Shown here piece after piece: positions 48,259 to 58,849 of a stretch of 61,827 bases of DNA. Source of the stretch: a virus (Duplodnaviria; Caudoviricetes); the IMG/VR virus record IMGVR_UViG_3300043411_000598, positions 1-61,827 of that record. One strand, 5' to 3'. Position 1 is the first letter of the stretch. Each line of letters begins with the position of its first letter. The notes beneath the pieces were generated by a model that was not told the DNA's origin, searched no databases, and was given only the letters and a program-made list of their open reading frames with translations. A program made the position numbers and the translations under genes.

Positions 48259-50738
48259 TGGCCCAGCAGCGCCAGCTTAACATCACGTTTGCGTTAAATA
48301 GCGGCGAGCTTTCGCCGTTGATGGCGAACCGTCAGGATCAAGCCCGCTATGCCTACGGCGCACGGCGGATGCGCAATTTCATCCCATCGCTTCAGGGGCC
48401 GGCGCGTAAGCGTCCAGGGCTTCGCTTCGTTTGCGAGATATCGGATTCTAGTCACCGCGCATGGCTTGTGCCGTTCGTCTTCTCCCAGCGCGACGCTTGG
48501 GTTTTGATCTGCGGTGAGAGCACGGTAGGCTTTATCACCGATCACGGCCAAGTGCTGGAAACGGCCATTCCAATTACCTCGATGACCAATGCGAGCACTG
48601 GCGTTTTCACGCGGGTTGCGCATGGGCTCTTAGCCAACCAAGAGATTTACGTGACCTCCCTCCCCGGCACGACCGGGATAGCTGGTCGCAACTTTCGTGT
48701 GAACACTGTCCCGACTGCGGACACGTTCACACTGAAAGATTTGTACGGCACGGTGCTGAACACCACCAGCAGCGGAACCTATACCGGCCTTGGCACAGTG
48801 CAGCGTGTCTATAAAATCGTCTCGCCCTATACGGCTGCAAACCTAACCGAGAGCGACACCAATTGCAGCCTTCTCTCGTTTGCGCAATCGGGAGACGTTT
48901 TAGATATTTGCGTGCCGGATTTTCAGCCCCGGCAATTGACGCGCACAGCCGCAACCTCATGGGCGTTCACTTCATTTGAGCCTGACAATGGCCCGTTTGA
49001 AACGGTGGACCCAGATCAAACGATTACGGTTTATGCAGGCGCTGCGACGGGAAACACGACGCTCACCGCTTCCTCGGCTATCTTCACCGCCAATCACGTA
49101 GGCTCGCTCTTTCTTTTAGAGAAGCGCCTCACCGATGCGATCACGGCGTGGGAAGTCGGCAAGTCCATAACCACAGGTGATGTGCGCCGCAGCCAGGGCC
49201 ATTATTACGAGGCTTTGAACACGGCCACGACTGGCACGATCACGCCGACCCATACCGAAGGCGCCCGCTACGATGGCGATACCGGCGTGCAGTGGCAATA
49301 TCTCCATTCCGGTTACGGATGGGGCGAGATCACCGCTTATAATTCCACCACCAGCGTTGATATCACGGTTATCTCACGCATCCCGGCCCAAGCTGTAGGC
49401 GCTGGCAATCCATCAACCCGTTGGGCGTTTGGCTCATGGTCTGCGGCCTATGGCTGGCCGACGCACGTTACCTATTTTAGAGAGCGTAAGACCTTTGCGC
49501 GCGACACCCGAATTTGGGGATCGGTGCCGGCCGACTTCAACAATTTCGCGCAACGTGACGCTGGCGTTGTCGCTTCAGATTCATCCTATGATATCGATAT
49601 CCGTTCTGGCGTGAACGATGCCATTCAGTGGCTTATGGCGTCCTCTGATCTGCTTGTAGGCACAGAGGGCAGTGAGTTCTCCGTTGGTGAAATCTCTTCA
49701 GCCGATCCGCTCGGCCCTGACAATATCGCAGCCCTCTCTGGGCCTGGCTACGGCTCAAGACGTGTAACGCCATGCATTGTCAATGATGCCGTGATGTATG
49801 CCCTTCCCTCTGGGCGGGTCATGCGTGAGCTGCGCTTTACGTTCGAGACGGACGGCTATTCAGCCCTTAACCGCACCGCCTTTGCTGAGCATATTGCACG
49901 CGGGCAGATGATCCAACTGGCCTACCAGAAAGAACCCGAGTCCATTGTTTGGAGCGTCTGTAACAATGGCGATCTCCTCTCGATGAGTTTCGAGCGTGAG
50001 CATGATCTCGTGGCTTGGGCCAAGCATTTGCTCGGCGGCGCTTTTAGCACAACCACCAACGCTATTGTCGAAAGCGCTTGCGTTATCCCATCCCCTGACG
50101 GCACGAGGGATGAGCTTTATGTGATCGCCAAGATGACGGTGAATGGCGCCACCAAGCGCTATGTCGGCTACCTTGAAGATCATTGGGAGCCTGACGACGA
50201 CGATTTGGAAGATCAGTTCTACGTTGATTGGGGCCTTACCTATTCAGGAACGGCAACGTCCACCATCTCGGGGCTACATCATCTAGAGGGTAAAACCGTT
50301 TCCGTTCTCGGTAACGGCAAGGATCTTGGCGATAAGGTCGTGACGGCCGGCGCTATCGATCTAGGCTCAGCCTCGGTCACGGTCGCGCAAGTTGGTCTCC
50401 CTTACGATGCTATCCTTGAAAGCATGAACCTCGTTAAGCCTGGCCTTAGCGCAAAAGCAGTGGACGTTTGGGTTCGGTTTATAGGCACCGTCTCAAGCTT
50501 TTGGCACATGACGACACAGAGGCTCTTGAGCACTGATCCAACGCCAACGCCGCGTGCGGTCGAGATGGGAAACATCACCGTAAGCGGCGTAGCGCAGCCC
50601 GTCTCTAGGCTCGTAAAGGTCAAGGGTGAATCCGGCAATGGTCGCGAGCTGACGTGGGTTATCACCCATAACCGGCCAACCTATTGTAACATCGCAGGCG
50701 TTGCTCCCGATATGGTCGCTGTCGGTAAGGATGCGTGA
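48258..50738 (+). CDS. Tail nozzle (T7 gp12-like)
   Basis: NSGELSP..R, FAQSGD, GWP, VAWAKH, HLEGKTV, VGLPY. Start refined to ATG 48258. Confidence 0.88.
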   Translation: MAQQRQLNITFALNSGELSPLMANRQDQARYAYGARRMRNFIPSLQGPARKRPGLRFVCEISDSSHRAWLVPFVFSQRDAWVLICGESTVGFITDHGQVLETAIPITSMTNASTGVFTRVAHGLLANQEIYVTSLPGTTGIAGRNFRVNTVPTADTFTLKDLYGTVLNTTSSGTYTGLGTVQRVYKIVSPYTAANLTESDTNCSLLSFAQSGDVLDICVPDFQPRQLTRTAATSWAFTSFEPDNGPFETVDPDQTITVYAGAATGNTTLTASSAIFTANHVGSLFLLEKRLTDAITAWEVGKSITTGDVRRSQGHYYEALNTATTGTITPTHTEGARYDGDTGVQWQYLHSGYGWGEITAYNSTTSVDITVISRIPAQAVGAGNPSTRWAFGSWSAAYGWPTHVTYFRERKTFARDTRIWGSVPADFNNFAQRDAGVVASDSSYDIDIRSGVNDAIQWLMASSDLLVGTEGSEFSVGEISSADPLGPDNIAALSGPGYGSRRVTPCIVNDAVMYALPSGRVMRELRFTFETDGYSALNRTAFAEHIARGQMIQLAYQKEPESIVWSVCNNGDLLSMSFEREHDLVAWAKHLLGGAFSTTTNAIVESACVIPSPDGTRDELYVIAKMTVNGATKRYVGYLEDHWEPDDDDLEDQFYVDWGLTYSGTATSTISGLHHLEGKTVSVLGNGKDLGDKVVTAGAIDLGSASVTVAQVGLPYDAILESMNLVKPGLSAKAVDVWVRFIGTVSSFWHMTTQRLLSTDPTPTPRAVEMGNITVSGVAQPVSRLVKVKGESGNGRELTWVITHNRPTYCNIAGVAPDMVAVGKDA

Positions 50739-50955
50739 TGACCAATAAACTGATGGGTGCGGGAGACGAGACCAAATACGCTTTGCTGGGTGGCTTTGAA
50801 ATCGCAGCAGATAGCGGCCAAGGGCGCCGTGGCGCGTCTGGCTTTACCATCTCTCCCCTATTGGAGAAGGTAGCCGCTTCGGTAGCGACTGCGTTGGTGG
50901 CGCGGTTCAGTTCAGACCGGCGCGATTTGACAGGGAGCGGCCGGGGCGAAGTCGC

Positions 50956-51381
50956 GTGAGGTTCGTTAAGTTTGAGCCCGAGCACCTTTTTGCGTTCACT
51001 CCGCAGCAGGCCCAGCGTCCGCATCTAGAATGGATGACGTTGGACATAGCAGAAATCGCGGCACAGCACTTTTCGTTTACCGGATACGGTCACAACGGAG
51101 AGATGGTTGGATGTGCGGGTCTTGCGCCGATTGAGGATGGGAGCTTGGTGGCTTGGGCTGTCTTTGGCGAGATGCTGCCAAGGTACGGGAGAGGCGTAAC
51201 CAAGGCCGTCAAAGCAGGCTTAGACCTTCATCAGGATAAGCGCATTCTGGCCCATGTCCATATCGATCACGCCAACGCCTCTAGGTTCGCTGAGGCGCTA
51301 CACTTCAAGCTTCTAGAAACGCGTTCGGACCTGCACCCAAGCGGGGCCGCAATGCACGTTTACGTTCGCGAAGGCGCATAA
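50956..51381 (+). CDS. T7 gp13-like (acetyltransferase-fold) assembly protein
   Basis: Position after the nozzle; ASRFAEALHF motif. Confidence 0.65.
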   Translation: MRFVKFEPEHLFAFTPQQAQRPHLEWMTLDIAEIAAQHFSFTGYGHNGEMVGCAGLAPIEDGSLVAWAVFGEMLPRYGRGVTKAVKAGLDLHQDKRILAHVHIDHANASRFAEALHFKLLETRSDLHPSGAAMHVYVREGA

Positions 51382-51986
51382 TGGCCGATCCTATCTCATG
51401 GGCGATGATCGCCGTTAATGTGGTCTCACAGGCTGCGGGCGGAATCCAAGAATACCAGCAAGGCATGCAAGACGCGGCTGTCGCTGGTCAGAACGCACAG
51501 ATTGCAACCGATAATGCAGCGCGTGCGAGGCTGGATGCAAGCCGGGCTGAAGAAGCCCAACGGGTGCAATCTCGTAAAGCCATGGGCCGGGCTTGGGCTG
51601 CAAGCGCTCAATCTGGCGCTGCAGGCTCTGGCCCCGGCCAAGGCTCGTTCGGGGCTCTGAACACCCAAAGCGGCAAGGACGCTGAACTAGACGCGCTGAA
51701 CATTCGCTATGATGGCGAGATGGAAGCGTTCGGGGATTTGACCCAAGCGGCGCAGTTTAGGGCTGAGCGTAAAGCTGCAAAACAACGCGCGCGCGGTGGT
51801 CTTATCTCAGGGGTTCTAGGCTCTGCCTCTGCTGCCCTTTCAGGTTCGGCCGATTATCGCTCTCAGAACTCGATGCGGCCGACTACGGGCGGATCGCTTC
51901 GCACGGCAATCTCAACCGGCAGAAAGCCAAGATCGACTGGCGTCAAGAGCCGAGCCCCCTCCTACTATAATTACGGGAGCTATTAA
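51381..51986 (+). CDS. Small ejection protein (T7 gp14-like)
   Basis: Ala/Gly/Gln-rich, ELDALNIRY motif. Confidence 0.75.
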   Translation: MADPISWAMIAVNVVSQAAGGIQEYQQGMQDAAVAGQNAQIATDNAARARLDASRAEEAQRVQSRKAMGRAWAASAQSGAAGSGPGQGSFGALNTQSGKDAELDALNIRYDGEMEAFGDLTQAAQFRAERKAAKQRARGGLISGVLGSASAALSGSADYRSQNSMRPTTGGSLRTAISTGRKPRSTGVKSRAPSYYNYGSY

Positions 51987-54421
51987 TGGCTCGCGGTCCT
52001 GTTCGAGTAAACACCTACGATCAACGCACAACGCCGCGTAGCCAAGCGCAGCCGTTTACGCATTCTGTTGATGTAGGCAATGGTTTGGCTCGTGGTCTCG
52101 ATAAAGTAGGCCAAGCGCTTCAAGCCGAAGTCGCATTCAAGCGCCAGCAAGAAGAAGACGACGCTAGAGTTTATGCGTCAACGGCGATGTCACAAGCGCG
52201 CGCGAGCGCTAGTGAGATGCAGCGCCGCATCTTTAGCGAAGCGCCAGATGGCTGGCGCGGCGCAACGCAGCGCTTCTCACAAGAATTTGGTCAACGGCGC
52301 GAACAAGCTCTATCCGGCGCCCCTACTCCGGCCGCGCAGCGTTACCTCAACCAGCAATTCGACGCTTATCAGCCGCTTCTCTTGGAGGAGATGGCAGGCC
52401 AAGAGCAAACCAACCGTGAGAGCTGGCAGTTCAGCACTATTGCCAACAACATCGATTCTGACAGCAACACCATCGCGACCAATCCAGGCTTTTACCAGCC
52501 TGCGCTAACCCAACAGCTTGATCTTATCAACGGCATGGCAATGAGCGAAGCCAACCGTGAGAGGCTTCGCAGTCACGCTATATCGAGCTATTCCACGGTT
52601 GCGGTCTCAGCGATGATTGAGCGCGATCCTGTCCAAGCATTGCAGGTATTGCGCGGAACAACTTCCAACCACCCTTCGGCTGACACGCTTCTACCTCGGC
52701 TGCAGGCCCTCATTCCCGGCGCTACAATCTTTGGAAGCCGCACGGCTGAACGCAACGCGCAGCTTCAAGGATCAGCCCCAAACTCGCGTCATATTCAGGA
52801 TGCGGCATGGGACATAACGCTTCCTGCTGGTGTAACGGCTGAGCAGGCTCGTCCTATCGTGGAGCAATTACTGGGCGGCACTCCGATCACCGAATGGATA
52901 CCGAACGACCCCAATGCAAGCGGGGATGGTACGCACCTTCACGTTGCATGGGGAGATGCTAATGCACAAACCATAGAAGACGATCCCAATAGCCCTGTTG
53001 CGCGTCTGACCGGGGCTGAGCGGCTGGCATTGTCTAACCAAGCTGAGGCTGAGATTGCGCGCCGACAGTCCAATGTAGCCTCAACGGTTCGCAGTCAAAT
53101 CCAGACTGACACGTTCTTGATGAGCAACGGCGAACAGCCTGTCAGCGGCTTGACTGTAGAACAAGTACAAGCGGTCGATCCTGAACTTGCGGCTGCTTAT
53201 GAGATTGATCTTCAGACGCATCAGCGCGGCTCCAGCCTAACTAACCTAACGACACCAGAACTTCGCCGAATGGCGTCAGCAGCGCCGCTCCCCTCTACCG
53301 CATCACACCAAGAGCGCTTGGATAATATCGTAAATCGCAACGCCGCCACTCAAATTCTAGAGCAGCGCGACGATCCGATGACTTACGCGCTGCGTCAGGC
53401 CCGTATCGATGACACTGCTGAAATGACGGCAGCAATTGATAGTGGCAATTTTCAAGACATTGGCGTGCGGATACGGTCGCGGAATGGCGTAGCTGTTGAA
53501 CAAAGCCAGAGACTTGGCACGGTCCCTGCCCCACTAACCACAAGCGAAGCAACGCGCCTTAGAGGCATACTGGATCGCGTACCGCCTGGGGATCGCGCAC
53601 AGGCCCTGATGACACTAAGGCAGTCTTCAATGATGCCGCAGGGGCGATCTGCAAGGCAGACGCGCGCCCAATATAACATGGGTAGCAGTCAGGTTTATGA
53701 GGCATTCGTCGCGCAAATCTATCGCGATGACCCTGCAGCTCTTGCGGGTGCGCTCACCTTAGCGCGACAAGGAACGGTGGAGACTAACGCCGGAACCGTC
53801 ACCGCAGATACGGTCGGACGCCGCCTGTTGGCTGGCGCTGCTCTCCTCAATCCAACAGCGCAAGTGAATGCCGAAGGGCAAGCGCAGCCCTCCCGCTCAA
53901 CCTTCAACATGCCTAGCGAGGCTGCATTGGAGGGGGCGTTCAATACCTATGTTGGCGATGCTTACGCAGAAGACCCGTCAGGCTATCGCAACGCCTTTCA
54001 AGCCTACCGCGCTTATTACGCTGGTCGCGCAAGCGAGATGGGCATTAACGGCGCAGGCCTTACGTTTCGTGATGGCGCATTGGGCGGAGATCGCGCTGCT
54101 ATCGAGACAGCAGGACAAGCCGCCGAGGTTATTGTGGGTAGCCTTAGGCCTAATGAATTTGGCGGCCCAAGCACGCCTGGCCTCCCCTCTCAGACATACC
54201 TCCCGTTTGGTATGACCGAAGACAACTTCAACCGCTCTCTAGAGCAAGGGTGGGGTAGTATTCGTGAGCGTTATCGTGGTGCTCAACTCTCTGACAATCC
54301 GAGCGATTACGACTACGCCCGCGATGCAAACGGCTCTTATCAGGTCTTTTATCGCGGCGTTCCGGTTCGGGATGACAGTGGCGAGTTCGTCCGTGTCAGA
54401 CCGAGAATGACCCAGCGATGA
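51986..54421 (+). CDS. Ejection protein with internal M15-like peptidoglycan peptidase domain
   Basis: SRT.ERN...SAPNSRH...AWD...THLHVAW at ~52730-52950. Confidence 0.75.
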   Translation: MARGPVRVNTYDQRTTPRSQAQPFTHSVDVGNGLARGLDKVGQALQAEVAFKRQQEEDDARVYASTAMSQARASASEMQRRIFSEAPDGWRGATQRFSQEFGQRREQALSGAPTPAAQRYLNQQFDAYQPLLLEEMAGQEQTNRESWQFSTIANNIDSDSNTIATNPGFYQPALTQQLDLINGMAMSEANRERLRSHAISSYSTVAVSAMIERDPVQALQVLRGTTSNHPSADTLLPRLQALIPGATIFGSRTAERNAQLQGSAPNSRHIQDAAWDITLPAGVTAEQARPIVEQLLGGTPITEWIPNDPNASGDGTHLHVAWGDANAQTIEDDPNSPVARLTGAERLALSNQAEAEIARRQSNVASTVRSQIQTDTFLMSNGEQPVSGLTVEQVQAVDPELAAAYEIDLQTHQRGSSLTNLTTPELRRMASAAPLPSTASHQERLDNIVNRNAATQILEQRDDPMTYALRQARIDDTAEMTAAIDSGNFQDIGVRIRSRNGVAVEQSQRLGTVPAPLTTSEATRLRGILDRVPPGDRAQALMTLRQSSMMPQGRSARQTRAQYNMGSSQVYEAFVAQIYRDDPAALAGALTLARQGTVETNAGTVTADTVGRRLLAGAALLNPTAQVNAEGQAQPSRSTFNMPSEAALEGAFNTYVGDAYAEDPSGYRNAFQAYRAYYAGRASEMGINGAGLTFRDGALGGDRAAIETAGQAAEVIVGSLRPNEFGGPSTPGLPSQTYLPFGMTEDNFNRSLEQGWGSIRERYRGAQLSDNPSDYDYARDANGSYQVFYRGVPVRDDSGEFVRVRPRMTQR

Positions 54422-54424
54422 GTA

Positions 54425-57400
54425 ATGAGCGATCTCTTTCCGGATGACCCAGTAGCGGTACAAGCGCGCCGCCAAGCAGCGGTGCGCGGTCTTTCGGTTA
54501 GGCCAGACGATCCCCCTCTCTTTGATCTAGGTGAGTCCTTCAACGCTATTCGGCGCGGGGCCTACTTAGCCGACGAAGGCATAAGTGGTTTCGGCTCAAG
54601 GCTCGCAAATATCCCAAATACGGCGCTGGAAACGCCAAGCTATTTTCATCAGTCTGAAGCGCAGCACCGGCTTACAGATCCAACGTCATATGAGCGGACG
54701 GATTTTGCGGCATGGCTAGATGAGCAAGCCAACGTAAATCGCCGTGAGATTCGGCGCATTACGCCAGATCCCAATTCGATCAGCCAAGCGCAGCAGATTT
54801 TGTCGGGCGTTCTTCAGCCTATCACCGCTGGCTTGGTTGGGGCGCCATTAGGCCCAGCAGGCCCAGCCCTCACACTCGGGGCAGGCTTTGGCGCTCAGTC
54901 TTACGATGAACAAATCGAGGCTGGCGTTGATCCAGAAACGGCCGAACGGGTAGCTATCGGACAGGCAGGCCTTGGGGCCGTGATGGGGGTTCTGCCCGCG
55001 TCAGCGCCTATTCGCGGGGCTCGCTTTGCGCTTTGGCCGGCGCTTGGGCGCGCTGCATCAGGCGCGGCTATCAACGTTGGCACTGGCATTGTCATGCGCC
55101 AATCTGTGCATGATACGCTGATGGCGTCAGAGAACGGTGACTATTCAGCACAAGCCGAAAGATACCTTGCTCTCGATGGTCAAGCCTTGATGGTTGACGC
55201 CATTCTAGGCGCGGCCTTCGGAACAATCTTTGCACACGTCGATAGTGTTGGAACGGCGCCGCGCGGGCGCGGCGAGGATGGCGGGCCGCTTCCCGAAGCT
55301 TTGGATGATGAGCCAAGCGCCCCTATTCTTTCGGCTGAGGAGCATCTAGACGCAGCCACGGAAGCCTATAACGATGGCGACCTTGTGTTGGCTCGTGCTC
55401 ATGCGCTTATGGCGGATCGCCTAGGTGAGCAAGAGGGCGCGTTTCTAGCAGAGCAATGGGCGCGCGAGGGCGGCGAAGAAGCCGCAGTCGAAGGTGATGC
55501 TCTCGGCCTTATCATGGCGATGGAGCGCGGCCTCATTAAGCCGACGCCTGAACAAATCCACGCCGCCATGGTGATGGGCGACGACATCAATGCTAGAGTG
55601 ACAACCGCTCCAGGCATTCCGCTTAATGTTCACGCAGACGTTGTTCACGCTGAGAACCTTCGCGCTTACGATGAAGCCGCAGCGAACGGTGAAGAGTTCC
55701 CCCCTGCCCGTTGGGATGATGGAGATGCAGAGAGCTTTGCGCCTCACCCTGAAGACAATTTCGTAGCGACTGAAGCAGAAGATGCGATCCGTAACGTACT
55801 AGAGCAAGAAGGCTTTAGCGATCTTGCCCGAGACATTGAAACTCGCCGTGAACGCATCCGCTCTATGGGCGGGGCAATTGATCCGGGGGATATGTATTTC
55901 TCGCGTCGCGGAGAAAGCGCTGAACGCCGTTCAGAAGCCTTCCACGATGCCCGTCTTAGCCCGCAACAAAACAAAGCGGTTGAGATGGCGCTCAACAACT
56001 ACTCTAATGCAGAGATTGCAGATGAGCTTGATGTGTCGTTGGCGCAAGTTTCCGTTGTGCTCACAAATGCACGCAGACGCGCTCCAAACGTAGAGATTGA
56101 ACACGCTCGCCTTGGCACTACGCCAGGGACGCATGGCGGGCGTCGCACCGCAACCATTGAAGAAATCGTTGCGCTTCATAATCGCCTCGCCCGTCAAGGC
56201 TACAGCAATAAGCTTGGCAACCCGGTAGCTGGCCGACGCAATCTGAATACTGTTATCGGTGAGCGCCTTGGGCTTTCACCAAAGAACATTGCCAAACGCC
56301 TCTCTGAATATCGCGCTGGTTTGCGGGATGGACGTATTGAGGGTGAAGCGCTCTATTCCGTTGCGCGTCCTGGCGCCGGTGGGCGGCCGAACGTCAATCT
56401 TAACTTCATCCGCCGCATGTTGTCTGAGGGTGAAACGGACTTAGTTAAGGTCACGGAAGCGCTTAACGAGCATCGCCGCGAACTCGGGATGCCGCCGACA
56501 ACAGAGCAAGCTGTGCGCTCGCAGGCGGCCCTAGATCGCCGCCTCAACCGCACAGAACTAAATGTTGCAACCAATGAAATGCAGACCACACGCAGAACAG
56601 GTGTGGAACCAAGCGAGTCCGCGTTCAAAAATATGAGCCGCGTCCTTGGTGCTGTGGAGAGCATCGCTAGAGAAAACGGCGGCGCCCCTCCTCCTGGCTG
56701 GCAGGACGCGGTAGCGGCTGAAACTGGTTATTCGCCTAGATCTGTCAGCGTGCTTTGGGATCGGATCAAAGCCGGAGAGTTTGGTGATGAACTTGCTGCC
56801 CGTGCTAATACTATTCCGAATGCAGGGCGTAGCCGTTCGGCGCAGCGCGTTCTAATTGGCCGCCTGATGGATCAGGGCTTGAGCCGTCAAGCGATTACAG
56901 AGCGCGTCAACGTTGTTCGCGATTCAGAAAACAAGCCGCCGATGACGCCGCAAAACGTCAGCTCGGTCATGACCCAGATTCGGGATGCGCGCCTCAATGG
57001 CGATATGCGCTATTCGATGACGGAGGACGGCACATTCTCGACGCCGGAAGATTTGAAAGCCGCAGCTATCGAAGCCTTCGGGTCTGACTGGAACGTTCTT
57101 GCGCGTGCGGGTAACGTCGAAGTCGTGCAAACATCCGCTGATGTTCCGGCTGGCATGTTTGGCCTCCCGCGCGGTGTTCAAGCCGTCCACATGCGCGATA
57201 CGCGCACGACCTACTTTATCGCCAACAACGTTCGCCCAGAAGACATGAAGGGCCTTATCCTTCATGAGGTTGGCGTCCACCATGGCTTTGAAGCTATGGT
57301 TGGCAAGCGCGGTTTTAAGGAAGTGCTTCGCCAAATCGAGCGTATGATTGACGCTGACCACCCTGCCCTCGTGCAGGCTCGTGCGTTTGCTGAACGCTAT

Positions 57401-58531
57401 TCGGCTCGCGATGAACACATTCCAGAAGAAACGCTAGCCTATCTCATTGAGACGCAGGCGGATATGCCGCTTGTAAACAGCGTTCTCTCTAAGCTCCGTC
57501 AGTGGCTGGTGAAGACGTTCGGCTCTACGTTTGGCATGCAGCTCACTGTTGATGACCTTCGCGCGCTGGCGATCACCTCATTGCGCCGTGTGGCAGAGCA
57601 AGCGCGCCGCGAAGCTGGGCCAGCGGTTGAAGTTCTCCCCATTCAGGATGCAGTGATTCTCGCCAGCAATGGACCCGACGCGAGACCAGCGCAGGGAGGA
57701 CGACGTTCACCGTATCAAGAGGAGTTACGCGCTCAAGGCTTCGACGTAGAGTCTCCACTTTATCGTGGGATGACGCGCCAAGCCGAAGGCGGCGACTTCA
57801 CACGTAACACCGATCTGCAAGGCAGCGAGCAGTTTCACGGAACATCGTTTAGCCGGAGCACATCCGAGGCAAACCTTTACGCGATGGAAGGCGACGGCGG
57901 GGCCGTTTACCCTGCTTATATGCGCGGTCGTCTGGAGAGCGGCCCGGACTACATGCGAGCGGTACAAGCCAGAGCGAGAGAGTCCGGCGTCACAAATCAA
58001 GAAGCGGCGCGGCAAGTGCAGCAAGAGTACGCACAACGCGGTGTGACTGGCGTTGAGTGGCCGCCAGATAGGTACGGCAAAGGCGGCGAAGTCCGCATCT
58101 TCGACCAAAGCAACACGGCATCGCCTTTCGGCGCAAACGCCCCCCGCACTGCGCCTGACGGAGGACCAGTGCAGGCGGGACGTGGTGCAGAGCGAATCAC
58201 GATGTACGGCCCAGACGAAACCGGCGCGTATACTGTCGAGGCAACGGTAGATGGCAAGTTAGTCGGCAGAACCGATCTGTTCCCGCACGAAGGCGGCTTT
58301 GCGCCTGAAGGCGGACAGGTGATCCCAGCCTTTCAGCGTCAAGGCGTAATGAGCCGCATCTTGCAGCACGCGGAGCAAGAGATTGGCGCCTCACTGCGCC
58401 GCCCTATGGGTATGACCGATGAAGGCCGCGCAATGTGGGAGCAATATGCGTCCCGCCGCACTGCGCCTAACGCAGGAAGTGATCGCAACGCTCTCCAACG
58501 CGCTTTGCGTGAGAGAATGGAGCGCGAATGA
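54425..58531 (+). CDS. Large polyvalent ejection protein (epsilon15 gp16-like N-terminus, HTH array, zincin-like, ART-like and GNAT domains)
   Basis: ALMVDAILGAAFG; NAEIADELDVSLAQV; ILHEVGVH; LYRG..SFS..EVRIFD; PAFQRQGVMSRI. Confidence 0.75.
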   Translation: MSDLFPDDPVAVQARRQAAVRGLSVRPDDPPLFDLGESFNAIRRGAYLADEGISGFGSRLANIPNTALETPSYFHQSEAQHRLTDPTSYERTDFAAWLDEQANVNRREIRRITPDPNSISQAQQILSGVLQPITAGLVGAPLGPAGPALTLGAGFGAQSYDEQIEAGVDPETAERVAIGQAGLGAVMGVLPASAPIRGARFALWPALGRAASGAAINVGTGIVMRQSVHDTLMASENGDYSAQAERYLALDGQALMVDAILGAAFGTIFAHVDSVGTAPRGRGEDGGPLPEALDDEPSAPILSAEEHLDAATEAYNDGDLVLARAHALMADRLGEQEGAFLAEQWAREGGEEAAVEGDALGLIMAMERGLIKPTPEQIHAAMVMGDDINARVTTAPGIPLNVHADVVHAENLRAYDEAAANGEEFPPARWDDGDAESFAPHPEDNFVATEAEDAIRNVLEQEGFSDLARDIETRRERIRSMGGAIDPGDMYFSRRGESAERRSEAFHDARLSPQQNKAVEMALNNYSNAEIADELDVSLAQVSVVLTNARRRAPNVEIEHARLGTTPGTHGGRRTATIEEIVALHNRLARQGYSNKLGNPVAGRRNLNTVIGERLGLSPKNIAKRLSEYRAGLRDGRIEGEALYSVARPGAGGRPNVNLNFIRRMLSEGETDLVKVTEALNEHRRELGMPPTTEQAVRSQAALDRRLNRTELNVATNEMQTTRRTGVEPSESAFKNMSRVLGAVESIARENGGAPPPGWQDAVAAETGYSPRSVSVLWDRIKAGEFGDELAARANTIPNAGRSRSAQRVLIGRLMDQGLSRQAITERVNVVRDSENKPPMTPQNVSSVMTQIRDARLNGDMRYSMTEDGTFSTPEDLKAAAIEAFGSDWNVLARAGNVEVVQTSADVPAGMFGLPRGVQAVHMRDTRTTYFIANNVRPEDMKGLILHEVGVHHGFEAMVGKRGFKEVLRQIERMIDADHPALVQARAFAERYSARDEHIPEETLAYLIETQADMPLVNSVLSKLRQWLVKTFGSTFGMQLTVDDLRALAITSLRRVAEQARREAGPAVEVLPIQDAVILASNGPDARPAQGGRRSPYQEELRAQGFDVESPLYRGMTRQAEGGDFTRNTDLQGSEQFHGTSFSRSTSEANLYAMEGDGGAVYPAYMRGRLESGPDYMRAVQARARESGVTNQEAARQVQQEYAQRGVTGVEWPPDRYGKGGEVRIFDQSNTASPFGANAPRTAPDGGPVQAGRGAERITMYGPDETGAYTVEATVDGKLVGRTDLFPHEGGFAPEGGQVIPAFQRQGVMSRILQHAEQEIGASLRRPMGMTDEGRAMWEQYASRRTAPNAGSDRNALQRALRERMERE

Positions 58532-58815
58532 CCACTATTCCGATCACCGATTTTGACCCGCGCAAGCCGTTTCTGGACAAGACCGGCCAGATGGTGCGAG
58601 ACGCTTTCACGCGCCTCAATGACCTTATCAAGCGCACTGGCGGCGAGCGTGGAGAAGCGTTCGGGCCATTGCCTGACTACACGGTGGCGACGCTTCCAAG
58701 TGCTGCTAACAACGCGCGATGCTTGATCTATGTAAGTGACGGTTCATCCAATCGCCGGTTTGCCGTGAGCGATGGCGCGGCCTGGCGTTTTGGTGATGGC
58801 AATGTCGTTTCCTAA
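58528..58815 (+). CDS. Small virion protein with fibre-tip-like C-terminus
   Basis: YTVATLPSA..IYVSD..SDGAAWR. Confidence 0.6.
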   Translation: MTTIPITDFDPRKPFLDKTGQMVRDAFTRLNDLIKRTGGERGEAFGPLPDYTVATLPSAANNARCLIYVSDGSSNRRFAVSDGAAWRFGDGNVVS

Positions 58816-58849
58816 CCCTCTCCTAATTCCCCTCCCCTAGGATACGATC

